From NCBI GenBank assembly GCA_934503195.1, contig CAKSVM010000003.1:10267-74266 (forward strand): a stretch of 64,000 nucleotides of DNA, given 5' to 3'. Made by a program: the position numbers and the translations under genes. Below, in pieces: positions 8,532 through 17,913 of the stretch. The notes beneath the pieces were generated by a model. The model had not been told where the DNA came from. It was given only the letters and a program-made list of their open reading frames with translations, and did not search any database. Each line of letters begins with the position of its first letter. Position 1 is the first letter of the stretch. The stretch is from an uncultured Eubacteriales bacterium (GTDB lineage: Bacteria; Bacillota; Clostridia; Oscillospirales; CAG-272).

Positions 8532-9425
8532 ATGTCAGCACAAAAAACGATAGATCTTCAGGAACGCAATGTCAAAATCCGCTCACCTGAAAGCCCGCGC
8601 GCCGTTGTCCAGATCGCGCACGGAATGGAGGAGCATCAGGATCGTTATAAAGTTTTCGTAGACTACCTATTAACAAAAAATCTCGCCGTCGTCACAGCTG
8701 ATATGCGCGGACACGGAGCGAAAACACCCAAGGAGGACCTCGGCTGGTTCGCCGACCGCGATGGCTGGAAGCTGCTGATTGAGGATCAGCTGAAGATCCG
8801 CGAATATATCGCAAAGGAATTTCCCAGCCTTCCGGTCTACCTCGTCGCGCACTCGATGGGCAGCATAATCTCGCGCGTCGTTTTGCAGAAAAACTCGTCG
8901 CTTTACGACAAAGTCGTCCTCACCGGATACCCGAATTATCAGGCCGCGGCGGGATTCGGCGTGTTTTTAGCAAATATCTGCCAGACTTTTGCGGGCTCGC
9001 GCGGACGTTCAAAGCTGCTGAACAAGCTCTCAACCGGAGTCTTCAATCGCTCGATCGAGTCGCCCGAAACCGACTTCGACTGGATCAGCTACGACCGCGA
9101 AAACATAACGAAATTCGTCGAAGATCCGCTCTGCGGCTTCGGATTCACAGTCTCGGCGATGCGCGATCTCTTCACGCTGGTCGATTATATGCACGACACA
9201 TCGAGATGTGAATATGTGAATTCTGAACTTCCGTTTCTCCTGCTCTCGGGCGAGGATGACCCGTGTACCGGTGGGGAAGCAGGTCGAAACGACTCAATCG
9301 AAACGCTGAAAATGTCAGGATTTGCTCAGATTTCGGTCAAAACCTACCCGAAAATGCGGCACGAAATTCTCAATGAAGCCGAGAAAAAAATTGTGTTTTC
9401 TGATATTTCAGATTTTTTCGCCTGA
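8532..9425 (+). CDS. Alpha/beta hydrolase (lysophospholipase / monoacylglycerol lipase-like)
   Basis: HGMEEH oxyanion region and nucleophile elbow AHSMGS. Start at the ATG at 8532, preceded by GGAG. Confidence 0.75.
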   Translation: MSAQKTIDLQERNVKIRSPESPRAVVQIAHGMEEHQDRYKVFVDYLLTKNLAVVTADMRGHGAKTPKEDLGWFADRDGWKLLIEDQLKIREYIAKEFPSLPVYLVAHSMGSIISRVVLQKNSSLYDKVVLTGYPNYQAAAGFGVFLANICQTFAGSRGRSKLLNKLSTGVFNRSIESPETDFDWISYDRENITKFVEDPLCGFGFTVSAMRDLFTLVDYMHDTSRCEYVNSELPFLLLSGEDDPCTGGEAGRNDSIETLKMSGFAQISVKTYPKMRHEILNEAEKKIVFSDISDFFA

Positions 9426-9439
9426 AATAAACAGAATTC

Positions 9440-9482
9440 CCGCGCGGATACGCCCACCAAAAGGCCTCTTCGCGCGGTTTTT
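9440..9482 (+). terminator. Putative terminator after the hydrolase gene
   Basis: CCGCGCG / CGCGCGG stem with a large loop, followed by TTTTT. Confidence 0.45.
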
Positions 9483-9619
9483 GTAATTTGCAAATATTCG
9501 CTTTGCGGATATAAGTAATTTCTATGAACTGCTCATGAGAAATAATCGTCGTTTCATTCATTAGTTATTTTGCTGTCCGATTTCAAATCCATATCGCAAA
9601 AGATCGTCTGTTTTGCCCA

Positions 9620-9648
9620 TTGCATTTTCTCGTACGACGTGATATAAT
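9620..9648 (+). promoter_or_regulatory. Promoter of the hydrolase gene at 9713
   Basis: TTGCAT, 17 nt, TGaTATAAT (-10 at 9643-9648). Confidence 0.55.
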
Positions 9649-9712
9649 AGTATCGGTTAGCAAGCGATAACTCGATATGAATAACCGTTCGATCGGTGAA
9701 AGGAGACGCAAA

Positions 9713-10483
9713 ATGAAAATCTATACTTTCGGTGACAAAACAAATCCCGCGCTCATGCTCCTCCCCGGCACATGGTGCCACTGGCGGACTTTTTCAGGCA
9801 TAATTCCGCTGCTCGAACGCGATTTTTACCTTTTATGCGTGTCGTACGACGGCTTTGACGAGACTGAAAAAACCGAATTCCCCACGATGCTCGAAGAAAC
9901 CTCTAAGATCGAAAACAGCATAAAGCGTCTCTGCGGCGGTCGAATTCGCGGTGCTTACGGCTGTTCGCTTGGCGGATCTTTCGTCGGATTGCTCATAGCA
10001 AGAAACAATATACATATAGATTTTGGTATTATCGGCAGTTCTGACCTTGATCAGTCGTCTCCTCTGGCGGCAAAGCTGTCGTCCGATCTGCTCGTACCGA
10101 AGATCTATCCGCTGGTTCACGACGGCAGACTGAAGTCAGAATCTCTGCAAAAAAAGCTCGACGAAAAGGCCGCGAAGTCGCCCGATTACGTCGGCGCGTT
10201 CCTGAAAATTTTCTCCGAGCCGCGTCCGTACGTAACGCTCGCAAGTTGTAGAAATCAGTATTATTCCGACCTGATAACGCCGCTTCCCGACAAAATCGAC
10301 ACGCCGGATTCCGAGATTCATGTCTTCTACGCGCTTAAAATGGGCAAAAAATACCGCGCCCGCTACCAAAAGCATTTCGCACACCCGATCATTCACGAAT
10401 TCGATCTTCAGCACGAAGAACTGCTCATTCACTACCCTCAGAAATGGTGCGAAGAAGTGCGAAATATTCTTCTCAGTAAATAG
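9713..10483 (+). CDS. Alpha/beta hydrolase fold protein
   Basis: GxSxG elbow (GCSLGGS). Start at the ATG at 9713 (MKIYTFGD), 8 nt after AGGAG. Confidence 0.6.
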   Translation: MKIYTFGDKTNPALMLLPGTWCHWRTFSGIIPLLERDFYLLCVSYDGFDETEKTEFPTMLEETSKIENSIKRLCGGRIRGAYGCSLGGSFVGLLIARNNIHIDFGIIGSSDLDQSSPLAAKLSSDLLVPKIYPLVHDGRLKSESLQKKLDEKAAKSPDYVGAFLKIFSEPRPYVTLASCRNQYYSDLITPLPDKIDTPDSEIHVFYALKMGKKYRARYQKHFAHPIIHEFDLQHEELLIHYPQKWCEEVRNILLSK

Positions 10484-10518
10484 CATTTACCACGTGAAAT
10501 TGCAATATGTAAACAGTA

Positions 10519-10551
10519 ATTCCCCGACAGTTGCCCGCCGGGGAATTTTTT
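10519..10551 (+). terminator. Intrinsic terminator after the second hydrolase gene
   Basis: ATTCCCCG / CGGGGAAT stem followed by TTTTTT. Confidence 0.6.
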
Positions 10552-10599
10552 GCCGATTTTCACCGATCTGTCAAATCGGTATTATTTTTGCGGATAATT

Positions 10600-11145
10600 T
10601 TAGTTAAAATATCTCTTGAGAAGTCCCTCAAATGCCTTGCCGTGACGTGCTTCGTCGCGTGCCATCTCGTGAACGGTGTCGTGGATAGCGTCAAGTCCGG
10701 CTTCCTTCGCGAGCTTTGCGAGGTCAACCTTGCCCTGAGTTGCGCCGTTTTCAGCCTCAACGCGCATTTCGAGGTTCTTCTTGGTCGAGTCGGTCACGAC
10801 TTCGCCGAGCAGCTCAGCGAACTTCGCGGCGTGTTCAGCCTCTTCGTAAGCGGCCTTTTCCCAGTAATTGCCAATTTCCGGATAACCTTCGCGGAAAGCG
10901 ACGCGCGCCATCGCGAGATACATGCCGACCTCGGTGCATTCGCCGTTGAAGTTCGCGCGGAGTCCGTCGATGATCTCCTGCGACGCGCCGTTCGCGACGC
11001 CGACGACGTGTTCAGCGGCCCAGAATTTCGCGGTCTCAGTCACCTTTTCGAACTTCGACGCGGGAGCCTTGCACTGCGGACATCTTTCGGGAGCCGCGTC
11101 CCCTTCGAATACGTAACCGCAGACCTTACAGATGAATTTTGCCAT
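10600..11145 (-). CDS. rbr: Reverse rubrerythrin (N-terminal rubredoxin-like CxxC...CxxC, C-terminal ferritin-like diiron domain)
   Basis: [11 protein letters not shown]...CPQCKAP, followed by ExxH diiron motifs ([17 protein letters not shown]). AGGAGG RBS before the ATG at 11145. Confidence 0.85.
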   Translation of the reverse strand: MAKFICKVCGYVFEGDAAPERCPQCKAPASKFEKVTETAKFWAAEHVVGVANGASQEIIDGLRANFNGECTEVGMYLAMARVAFREGYPEIGNYWEKAAYEEAEHAAKFAELLGEVVTDSTKKNLEMRVEAENGATQGKVDLAKLAKEAGLDAIHDTVHEMARDEARHGKAFEGLLKRYFN

Positions 11146-11158
11146 GATTTTCTTCCTC

Positions 11159-11596
11159 CTAAATTTTTCCAAGAATGACGTCGATTCCGATTTCGTCATC
11201 AATCGCGTCAGCGATCGTGATTCTGTCGAATTTTTCAGCCATTTCTTTGTTTACTTTTTCAAAAATAAGATGAAATGTGCAACATTTTTTGTCAAAGTTT
11301 CGCAAACATCTGTACCCATCGTTAAGGCACCGCGAAATCTCAAGCGGTCCGTCGATCGTTTCGATCACCTGCCGCATCGTAAGCTCACGCGGATCCGCCG
11401 CCAGCAGATACCCGCCCATCGCCCCTTTTTTCGAGGCCACTGTCCCGCGAAGCACCAGCTTCCGCAGAATTTTGACCGTGAATCTTTCAGGGACACAGGC
11501 CAGCTCCGAAACTTTTTTCGCGTCGAGCGTTTCATCAGCCTTCGCGAGGATCCAGACGATCCGCAGCGCGTAGTCGGCTTCCTGTGTGAGTCTCAA
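11159..11596 (-). CDS. Rrf2 family transcriptional regulator
   Basis: [13 protein letters not shown] winged-helix N-terminus. C-terminal Cys cluster ([17 protein letters not shown]) suggests an Fe-S sensor. TTG start at 11596 chosen (GGAG 8 nt upstream). 13 nt upstream of rbr. Confidence 0.8.
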   Translation of the reverse strand: MRLTQEADYALRIVWILAKADETLDAKKVSELACVPERFTVKILRKLVLRGTVASKKGAMGGYLLAADPRELTMRQVIETIDGPLEISRCLNDGYRCLRNFDKKCCTFHLIFEKVNKEMAEKFDRITIADAIDDEIGIDVILGKI

Positions 11597-11614
11597 TCTT
11601 GCCACTCCAATCTA

Positions 11615-11663
11615 TACCTTTTTGGTACACTTAAATTATACACCATTCGCGCCGATTTGTCAA
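11615..11663 (-). promoter_or_regulatory. Promoter of the rrf2-rbr operon plus a candidate operator
   Basis: Minus strand: TTGACA (11658-11663), 17 nt, TATAAT (11635-11640). The inverted repeat TACC-N5-GGTA (11615-11627) lies just downstream of the -10. Confidence 0.6.
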
Positions 11664-11705
11664 GAGCTTTTTCAAAGATTTTTGTAAATAATGAGTGAAC
11701 TGAAT

Positions 11706-11735
11706 AAGGCCGGTTTGTAAAATCAGACCGGCCTT
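11706..11735 (-). terminator. Hairpin after SBP paralog 1
   Basis: AAGGCCGGT / ACCGGCCTT 9-bp stem with a weak U-tract. Confidence 0.4.
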
Positions 11736-11740
11736 CGCGT

Positions 11741-13207
11741 TTATTTTGCTGTCAGGAAGTCAACGACACTCTCATAATAAGCCGTCATCGCGCTGAGCTG
11801 CCCCTGAATTCCGGACGCGATCGTGTTTTCGTCCTTGATCAGAGCCGGCAGCTGCATGACCCAGCCTTTGAATCCGTCGTAGAGGTAATCGAACGCGATG
11901 ACTCGCGAATCGAAGATCTCGCGCATGATCCGGATCGACTCCTCGTCGCGCGTGCCTTTCTGCTCGATCGCCACGCCGATGTAAACAGGAGTTACATTAT
12001 AATAGTAATCCGCGCTCATCGCCTCGACCAGCGCGCCGACCATATCGGCGTTCCGGACGGTCTTCGGGATCAGCATGACCGACGCGCCGCCGTCAACCAT
12101 CGTGTAGTACTCGGTCTGGTCGGCGTCGTATTTCGGCAGCGGGAGGACGCCGAACTCATCCGAAAGATTTCTCATGTTGAAATCCGGGCTGACGAGATCG
12201 TTCGCCTGCATCGCCTCGAAAATGACCTTTCCGTTTGTAAAACGCTCCATGCGATACTTGCGCTTCGACTCCGCGGGCTGAAGCGCGCCGTCGCTCGAAA
12301 CGAAAAGTTTGGATAGTTTCGATAAAATATCAATCGTTTTCTCGGAATTTATGTAGGTGTTGACCTTAAGATCCTTGTCGACCTCGACGATTTTGCCGTC
12401 CATTCCGGCCACAAATGACGCGAGCATACAAGCGTCGGTGCTGCCGTAGATGCCGTAAAAATCGTTGTCGTCGCGGTTCCCGTCGCCGTTGAGGTCGCGA
12501 TAGACGTCCGAAGACAGCTTGTAGAGCTGGTCAATCGTCCAAGTTCCGTCTTCTACCATTTTGTAGAGGTCGGGAAAATCGGCAATTTCGCCGGCTTTGG
12601 TTTTGTTGTAAACAATCATCCACGTCTGTTTATGATATGTCATTGACAGCTCGCTTTCAATCATGTAAAGCTTGTCGCCGACCGTCGCGTCGTTGATCGA
12701 CTTGACGTACCACGGATTTTCAAAGTTTACGTACGGAACTTCTTGCCAATCCATATAAATTCCCTGCTGCGCGTCCGAGCCGGATTTGAACATTTGACCA
12801 AAAACGAGGTCATATTCGTCGCTGTCGCTCATGACCGCCTTCATGACAGCCTTCGAAAGCTCGCCGTACACAATCAGCGTCGTAGGTACGATTTTGACAT
12901 CAAATCTGTCCTCAGCCTTGCGCGCGCTGTCCCAGACCGCGTCGTTCACGACGTCGCCGTCGCTCTCCTCAAGTCCGAGCGGATTTATGTTCGAGTTCTG
13001 TTCGATCGTCCGGAACTCTTGACCGTCAAACTTTACATCCGGAACCTTGTCGGTCAGCTTTTCAGTGCTTGTTTCTGTGGTTTCTGACGTATTTTCGACC
13101 TGATTTGTCGTTTCTGTTGGCAATTCTGCCGTATCGCCGCACGACACCGCCGAAAACGCCATCAGCAGAGCCAGCATGAACGCGGCTTTCCTTGAAATAT
13201 TTCGCAT
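11741..13207 (-). CDS. Extracellular solute-binding-type lipoprotein, paralog 1 (LplA-like family)
   Basis: Signal peptide with lipobox (AFSAVSC|GD). Shared family blocks: DEYDL, ENPWY, DLNGDGNRD, FGVLPLPKYD..QTEYYT. Confidence 0.8.
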   Translation of the reverse strand: MRNISRKAAFMLALLMAFSAVSCGDTAELPTETTNQVENTSETTETSTEKLTDKVPDVKFDGQEFRTIEQNSNINPLGLEESDGDVVNDAVWDSARKAEDRFDVKIVPTTLIVYGELSKAVMKAVMSDSDEYDLVFGQMFKSGSDAQQGIYMDWQEVPYVNFENPWYVKSINDATVGDKLYMIESELSMTYHKQTWMIVYNKTKAGEIADFPDLYKMVEDGTWTIDQLYKLSSDVYRDLNGDGNRDDNDFYGIYGSTDACMLASFVAGMDGKIVEVDKDLKVNTYINSEKTIDILSKLSKLFVSSDGALQPAESKRKYRMERFTNGKVIFEAMQANDLVSPDFNMRNLSDEFGVLPLPKYDADQTEYYTMVDGGASVMLIPKTVRNADMVGALVEAMSADYYYNVTPVYIGVAIEQKGTRDEESIRIMREIFDSRVIAFDYLYDGFKGWVMQLPALIKDENTIASGIQGQLSAMTAYYESVVDFLTAK

Positions 13208-13247
13208 ATAACTTCCTCCCCGGCACTACAGCCGTTTTTATGATTCA

Positions 13248-13276
13248 ATTATATCATACAGAATGCCATTTGTCTA
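13248..13276 (-). promoter_or_regulatory. Promoter of SBP paralog 1
   Basis: Minus strand: TAGACA, 17 nt, TGaTATAAT. Confidence 0.55.
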
Positions 13277-13328
13277 TCAGATATGTGTCGTTTTTCGCCA
13301 AATATGTTGATTTTGTGATCTGGTACGC

Positions 13329-13357
13329 TTGACTTTCGGAGCATTTTGTGATATAAT
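13329..13357 (+). promoter_or_regulatory. Promoter of AraC no. 1
   Basis: TTGACT, 17 nt, TGaTATAAT. Confidence 0.6.
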
Positions 13358-13388
13358 AAATGTGAAATATTTCTAAACGGAGGACAAA

Positions 13389-14243
13389 ATGCTCTTCAGA
13401 CACTTAATAACGCCGGATCTTTCTATTGAATACGCGAACTCTTTCGAGGCCTGCGGCGCACCGAATCACTATCCGCATACGCATAATTTCTGCGAATTGT
13501 ACATATTTATCACCGGAAAATGCAGCTATATGGTGGAAAGCGGCATATTCGATCTGGTTCCCGGCACTGTTATTTTCACCCGACCGGGCGAGCTTCACAG
13601 CGTAAAAATACTCGAATCATGCTCCTATTCGCGCATATTTTACCAGTTCCGCCCCGACTTTCTGAAGCTTCCGAAAATGAAATTCCTGCGTTGTTTCTAC
13701 AATCGTCCATTCGGAGAAAAGAACGCGCTTGTGCTTTCAAAGGAGCAGACCGAGCAGTATATTTCACGTGTAGAGCAGACAAAAAACCGCTTCGAATCGC
13801 ATTGCATCGACGCGAGTTCCTACGCACTGGCGGATTTTTTGTGCAATCTGTCTCTTATTAACGAATCTTTTGATAAAATTTCGGCAATTGATCTGCCAGA
13901 TCGGTGCAGTCAGATTGTCAGCAACGCGCTTTCGTATATTAACTCTCATCTTGTAGAGATCAAGACGACCGACGATGTCGCGCAGGCCCTTTTCGTTTCG
14001 CGGGAGTATCTTTCGCGCCGGTTCACGAAGGAAATGGGCCTAACGCTGAACCGTTACATCGCGAAAAAACGCGTCGCGGCCGCACAATCGCTTCTGGTTT
14101 CAGGCGCGAGCGCGACCGACGCGGCTCTTCAAAGCGGATTTGAAAATTATTCTTATTTTATTCAGATTTTTAAGCGTGAAACCGAGCTGACGCCGCAGGA
14201 ATGGAAACGATTACCACAAGCACAGGTCACATATTTGATATAA
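13389..14243 (+). CDS. AraC/XylS family regulator (N-terminal cupin, C-terminal double HTH), no. 1
   Basis: HTHNFCELYIF cupin and a C-terminal AraC HTH (YLSRRFTKEMGLTLNRYI...GFENYSYFIQIFKRETELTPQEW). Confidence 0.85.
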   Translation: MLFRHLITPDLSIEYANSFEACGAPNHYPHTHNFCELYIFITGKCSYMVESGIFDLVPGTVIFTRPGELHSVKILESCSYSRIFYQFRPDFLKLPKMKFLRCFYNRPFGEKNALVLSKEQTEQYISRVEQTKNRFESHCIDASSYALADFLCNLSLINESFDKISAIDLPDRCSQIVSNALSYINSHLVEIKTTDDVAQALFVSREYLSRRFTKEMGLTLNRYIAKKRVAAAQSLLVSGASATDAALQSGFENYSYFIQIFKRETELTPQEWKRLPQAQVTYLI

Positions 14244-14300
14244 TGTCACATTTCATGTTACAATTAACCCAGCGTAATATTTTTCCTCACATAGACTCGA

Positions 14301-14332
14301 AAAAAAAGCCCCGCTTTTGCGGAGCTTTTTTT
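14301..14332. terminator. Bidirectional terminator between AraC no. 1 and SBP paralog 2
   Basis: A8-GCCCCGC-tttt-GCGGAGC-T7. Confidence 0.65.
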
Positions 14333-14347
14333 GAGAATATTTTACAT

Positions 14348-15799
14348 TCAGTTCAACTTTCCAACAAACTCTTCAGCCGCGGCCTTCGCGGAATCGCTCA
14401 GAGATGCAATCAGCGACGCCATCGAACCGCTTTCGCCCCTCGCCGCCGCATCATTCAACGACGAATAGAGCTTTCCGAAGTCGTAAATGTAGCCGACGTC
14501 ATAAATTACGTTTTCGCGCGCGAGGCTGATCATCTCGAACGACTCAGGGTCGCGCGTGTATTTCGACTCAAGGCAGATGTTGTAGTAGGCGTTGTTGATG
14601 TCGCCACTGGCCTCGGCGAGAGCTTCGAGGACAAATCCCGTCTCGTCGAGGTGCGAATTCGTCGCCGGAACCGCGATCGCCTCGAATGTTTTGTACAATG
14701 TAGAGTAGTAATTTTCCTGCGATTCATCGAGCTTTGGCATCGGAAGCATACCGAAATCGGCCGTGACGTCGCGATAAAGCCGACGGAGCTGCGAAAGAAT
14801 CAGATTCTGGAAAAGTACCTGCTTGTTCGACACAAGTCCAGTAATTACGCTGACTTGATCCGCGCCGTACTGAATCCATTCAAGACTGTAGCGCGACTGA
14901 TCGAGAAGCTCTCCGAGTATGTCAAAAACGTAGTATGCTTTGGTCAGATCCGAGTTCATAATCGGCACGTCATTTTTGTCCTTCGTGAAGATTTGCTGGC
15001 CGACCGCGAGCATATGCGGCGCAAGACAGTTGTTCGAAGCCCAAAGGAATCCGACCGTGTCGTCCTTCGTGATCTTTCCGTCGCCGTCAAGATCATTCGC
15101 CACCTGCTTCACGTACTTTCGAAGCAAATCATACGTCCATCGGCCTTCTTCTACGGCTGTATACAGGTTTTCGATGCCTAAATCGGCCGCGAAATCGCTG
15201 TTATAGAGCATCATCAGCAGCACATCGTCGTCAGAAACCATGATGTCGCCGACCGCGAAATAGTTTTTACCGCCAAGTGACGTCGCCGAATTGAAGTTCT
15301 GATCCCAATAATTTTTCGAAAGATTGAGATTTCCAAGCGTGTTCAGATCGGCAAAAATCTCGGTTCCGACCTTTTCCGCCGCCCGGTCATAGTACGGAAG
15401 AGCGATGTCATACTCGTCGTCACCGGCCGTAACCGACTTCTCAACCGCCGCTAGAACGTCGGTTACATAGAGCTTTTCTATGTTAAATTCATACTTAGCA
15501 AACAGTCGAACATTACGGTTATAGAACGCATCGTTCAGCACATCTCCGTCAGCCTCGTCGGGCGCAATCGTGTCCATCGAGGTCGTGACACCGCCTGGAT
15601 CGCGGTGGAGAACACGTAGCGTGAATCCGTCGAGCTTCTTGTCGGGGAGGTCGGATTTGTCGCGGCCCGACGTTGTTTCGGTCGATTCGACCGGATCCGT
15701 TGACGCCGGAGTCGTCTCATCCGGCGCGGAATTTTCTCCTCCGCACGAAACCGCGAGCATCGAAATAAGGAGCAAAATCGCTGAAAATCTCTTTTTCAT
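14348..15799 (-). CDS. Extracellular solute-binding-type lipoprotein, paralog 2
   Basis: Lipobox MLAVSC|GG. Blocks DEYDI, DLDGDGKITKDD, FGMLPMPKLDESQENYYS, KYTRDPES. 18 nt downstream of the GH42-like gene. Confidence 0.8.
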   Translation of the reverse strand: MKKRFSAILLLISMLAVSCGGENSAPDETTPASTDPVESTETTSGRDKSDLPDKKLDGFTLRVLHRDPGGVTTSMDTIAPDEADGDVLNDAFYNRNVRLFAKYEFNIEKLYVTDVLAAVEKSVTAGDDEYDIALPYYDRAAEKVGTEIFADLNTLGNLNLSKNYWDQNFNSATSLGGKNYFAVGDIMVSDDDVLLMMLYNSDFAADLGIENLYTAVEEGRWTYDLLRKYVKQVANDLDGDGKITKDDTVGFLWASNNCLAPHMLAVGQQIFTKDKNDVPIMNSDLTKAYYVFDILGELLDQSRYSLEWIQYGADQVSVITGLVSNKQVLFQNLILSQLRRLYRDVTADFGMLPMPKLDESQENYYSTLYKTFEAIAVPATNSHLDETGFVLEALAEASGDINNAYYNICLESKYTRDPESFEMISLARENVIYDVGYIYDFGKLYSSLNDAAARGESGSMASLIASLSDSAKAAAEEFVGKLN

Positions 15800-15817
15800 G
15801 TTTAATTCCTTCCTTAA

Positions 15818-17776
15818 TTATATGTTTGTTTTTCTGAACATCATCGTGCGGCCTTTTTCGGCGTGATAGCGGAGCTTTCCGCCGACACACTCGTACTCTT
15901 CGCCGCTCCAGACCTCGACATATTTTCCATCTTCTGGCATATTCAGCTCGCAATTTTCGCGAAGCGTCGTGTAGCTGCACACAAAATCCGAGGCGGCGGC
16001 GAGTCCGCCGCCGTTTTCATCGTAGATGAAGACGCCAGCGTCGCGCGCGATGTCGCGCCAGAGCCGACACGGGAGGCCGAGCGCGGCGTAAATGTTAGCT
16101 CCGGACTTCGCGACGGCGACATTTCCGTCTTTGTAGAACGCGATCGGCTCGCCGCCTTCGACGCGGAACATCGGCTCAATCGCCTTCGTAAAGCCGAATT
16201 CGACGTCGTCATAAACCGCGCGCGGGTCGTCGGAACTGTACTTTTCGACACTCATGCCGACGAGCTTTGAAATCCGCGAAAAGTCAAAATGTCCATCTCC
16301 GTCGACGACGTCCGGCGCGTAAAGCCAGACCTTCGTTCCCGATTTTTTCCCGATAGCATCGCGTATTTCGGGCTCAATGTCGATCGAGTTGAGGAAGACA
16401 TATAGCTTGTAATCGCGCTCGATTTTTCCAAAATCGTTGAGGTTGAAATAATCATACGGTGCTCCGCAGCGATGCAGCTCATGCATATTTCGCCGCACAA
16501 GATTGGTGCAGAGCCTCGTCCCTTCCTTTATACAATTAAATGACATCGGATCGACGAATACGGCGATTTCCGATACGGAATGCCGCTCACCCTTGGACAT
16601 TTCGCTGAAAATCTTCATCTCGTACGTGAGTTCGGCCTCGTATTCCGGCGCGTTGTAATAGCCGCCGAAAAAGTCGAACCACCAGAACGCTGACTGTTTC
16701 GCGAGCGTGTTCGCCATCTCGCGGCGGAAAACTTCGCGGAATTCGTAAAAATTCTGATAACAATTCTTTAACATCACGCCGTTTTCGAGCGGAAACGCCG
16801 CGAGTTCGGTCCGATGATCGTCCTCGTGCAGGTAAAGTTTTCCATTCAACCTGATCGAATCGACCGCGTACTGGTACGAGCTGACGCCGTCGAGGTCGCG
16901 GCAATGCCCGTACGCCGTCGGGGAGTAGAGCATATCGATGTCGGGCGACCGCCAGACCTTTTCATATGCGTTCGTGTTCCAATAGTTCTGATAATCAAGT
17001 ATCACATAGCCGAAAAAGAGACCTAAAAGCTTCTCGTGCTTCAGAATTTCCTGCGCCGCCGCCGCGAATTCGCAGGCCAGATCGGCCGTCGCGTTGCACG
17101 CGAGTTCAAGATACCTGTACTCATCCGACGCCTTTTCGCGCAGCGACGACTCGCCAGCCTCCATAGACGCGATCGTCGGAGCGGGCACGTTCGGCTTTCC
17201 GATGATTTTTCTCCAGTTTTCGGTCAGTACATTGTGCGATCTGTCATATTTTGCTTCGTAAAGCGACATATCAAACCACTCATTTGAGCATCCGGCCGCG
17301 ATGCTGTAGCCGAAAATCCGATCGCCGTACTTTTCCTCCGCATACGAAATCAAAGCCTTCAGATAGTCCGACGCCGAGCGCACGTATTCCTCGTCGAGCG
17401 CGGCCTCGGTGACGTGATGATAGCTGTCCGGCTCGTGCCCGGGATGCGATTTTGCCCACCATTCGGGCGTGTCGAGATGAATCATGACATTGAAATACGC
17501 GTCGGGCGCGAAGCGGCGGAACATCTCAAACTGCCGGTCAAACGCCGCGAAATCGTAGATCCCGTCGCCCTTCCAGACGCCGCCGAACAGCGAATACGGC
17601 GACCCGTTCGTGCAGAGCGACCCCGAAACGAGCATCTGGCAGAGCCTGACGCCCGCGCGGGTCATCAGCGAAATGTTGTCAGGCTTCGGGCGGAACGAGC
17701 GAAAAGCCGCCGGAACGAGCTTTTCACCATTGATTTCGATGAACGGAATGCCGTTTTCATAAATTATTTTTACCAT
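15818..17776 (-). CDS. Clan GH-A TIM-barrel glycoside hydrolase, GH42-like architecture
   Basis: 652 aa. CSNEWF (NEW acid/base-type motif) in an N-terminal barrel, followed by a middle domain and a C-terminal beta-domain as in GH42 beta-galactosidases. No signal peptide. Confidence 0.5.
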   Translation of the reverse strand: MVKIIYENGIPFIEINGEKLVPAAFRSFRPKPDNISLMTRAGVRLCQMLVSGSLCTNGSPYSLFGGVWKGDGIYDFAAFDRQFEMFRRFAPDAYFNVMIHLDTPEWWAKSHPGHEPDSYHHVTEAALDEEYVRSASDYLKALISYAEEKYGDRIFGYSIAAGCSNEWFDMSLYEAKYDRSHNVLTENWRKIIGKPNVPAPTIASMEAGESSLREKASDEYRYLELACNATADLACEFAAAAQEILKHEKLLGLFFGYVILDYQNYWNTNAYEKVWRSPDIDMLYSPTAYGHCRDLDGVSSYQYAVDSIRLNGKLYLHEDDHRTELAAFPLENGVMLKNCYQNFYEFREVFRREMANTLAKQSAFWWFDFFGGYYNAPEYEAELTYEMKIFSEMSKGERHSVSEIAVFVDPMSFNCIKEGTRLCTNLVRRNMHELHRCGAPYDYFNLNDFGKIERDYKLYVFLNSIDIEPEIRDAIGKKSGTKVWLYAPDVVDGDGHFDFSRISKLVGMSVEKYSSDDPRAVYDDVEFGFTKAIEPMFRVEGGEPIAFYKDGNVAVAKSGANIYAALGLPCRLWRDIARDAGVFIYDENGGGLAAASDFVCSYTTLRENCELNMPEDGKYVEVWSGEEYECVGGKLRYHAEKGRTMMFRKTNI

Positions 17777-17807
17777 AACGTGTTTTCCTCCAGAACTCTT
17801 TTTATCA

Positions 17808-17836
17808 ATTATACCACCGCGTTCAGAAAAAGTAAA
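17808..17836 (-). promoter_or_regulatory. Promoter of the GH42-like / SBP paralog 2 operon
   Basis: Minus strand: TTTACT, 17 nt, TGgTATAAT. Confidence 0.5.
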
Positions 17837-17878
17837 TAAAAAATTTACGCCAAAAGATATAAAAATTACGCCTGTTTA

Positions 17879-17887
17879 TGCTATAAT
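17879..17887 (+). promoter_or_regulatory. Extended -10 promoter element of AraC no. 2
   Basis: TGcTATAAT with a weak -35. Confidence 0.45.
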
Positions 17888-17913
17888 TCATCTGTACGAA
17901 GGAGGAATCGAAA

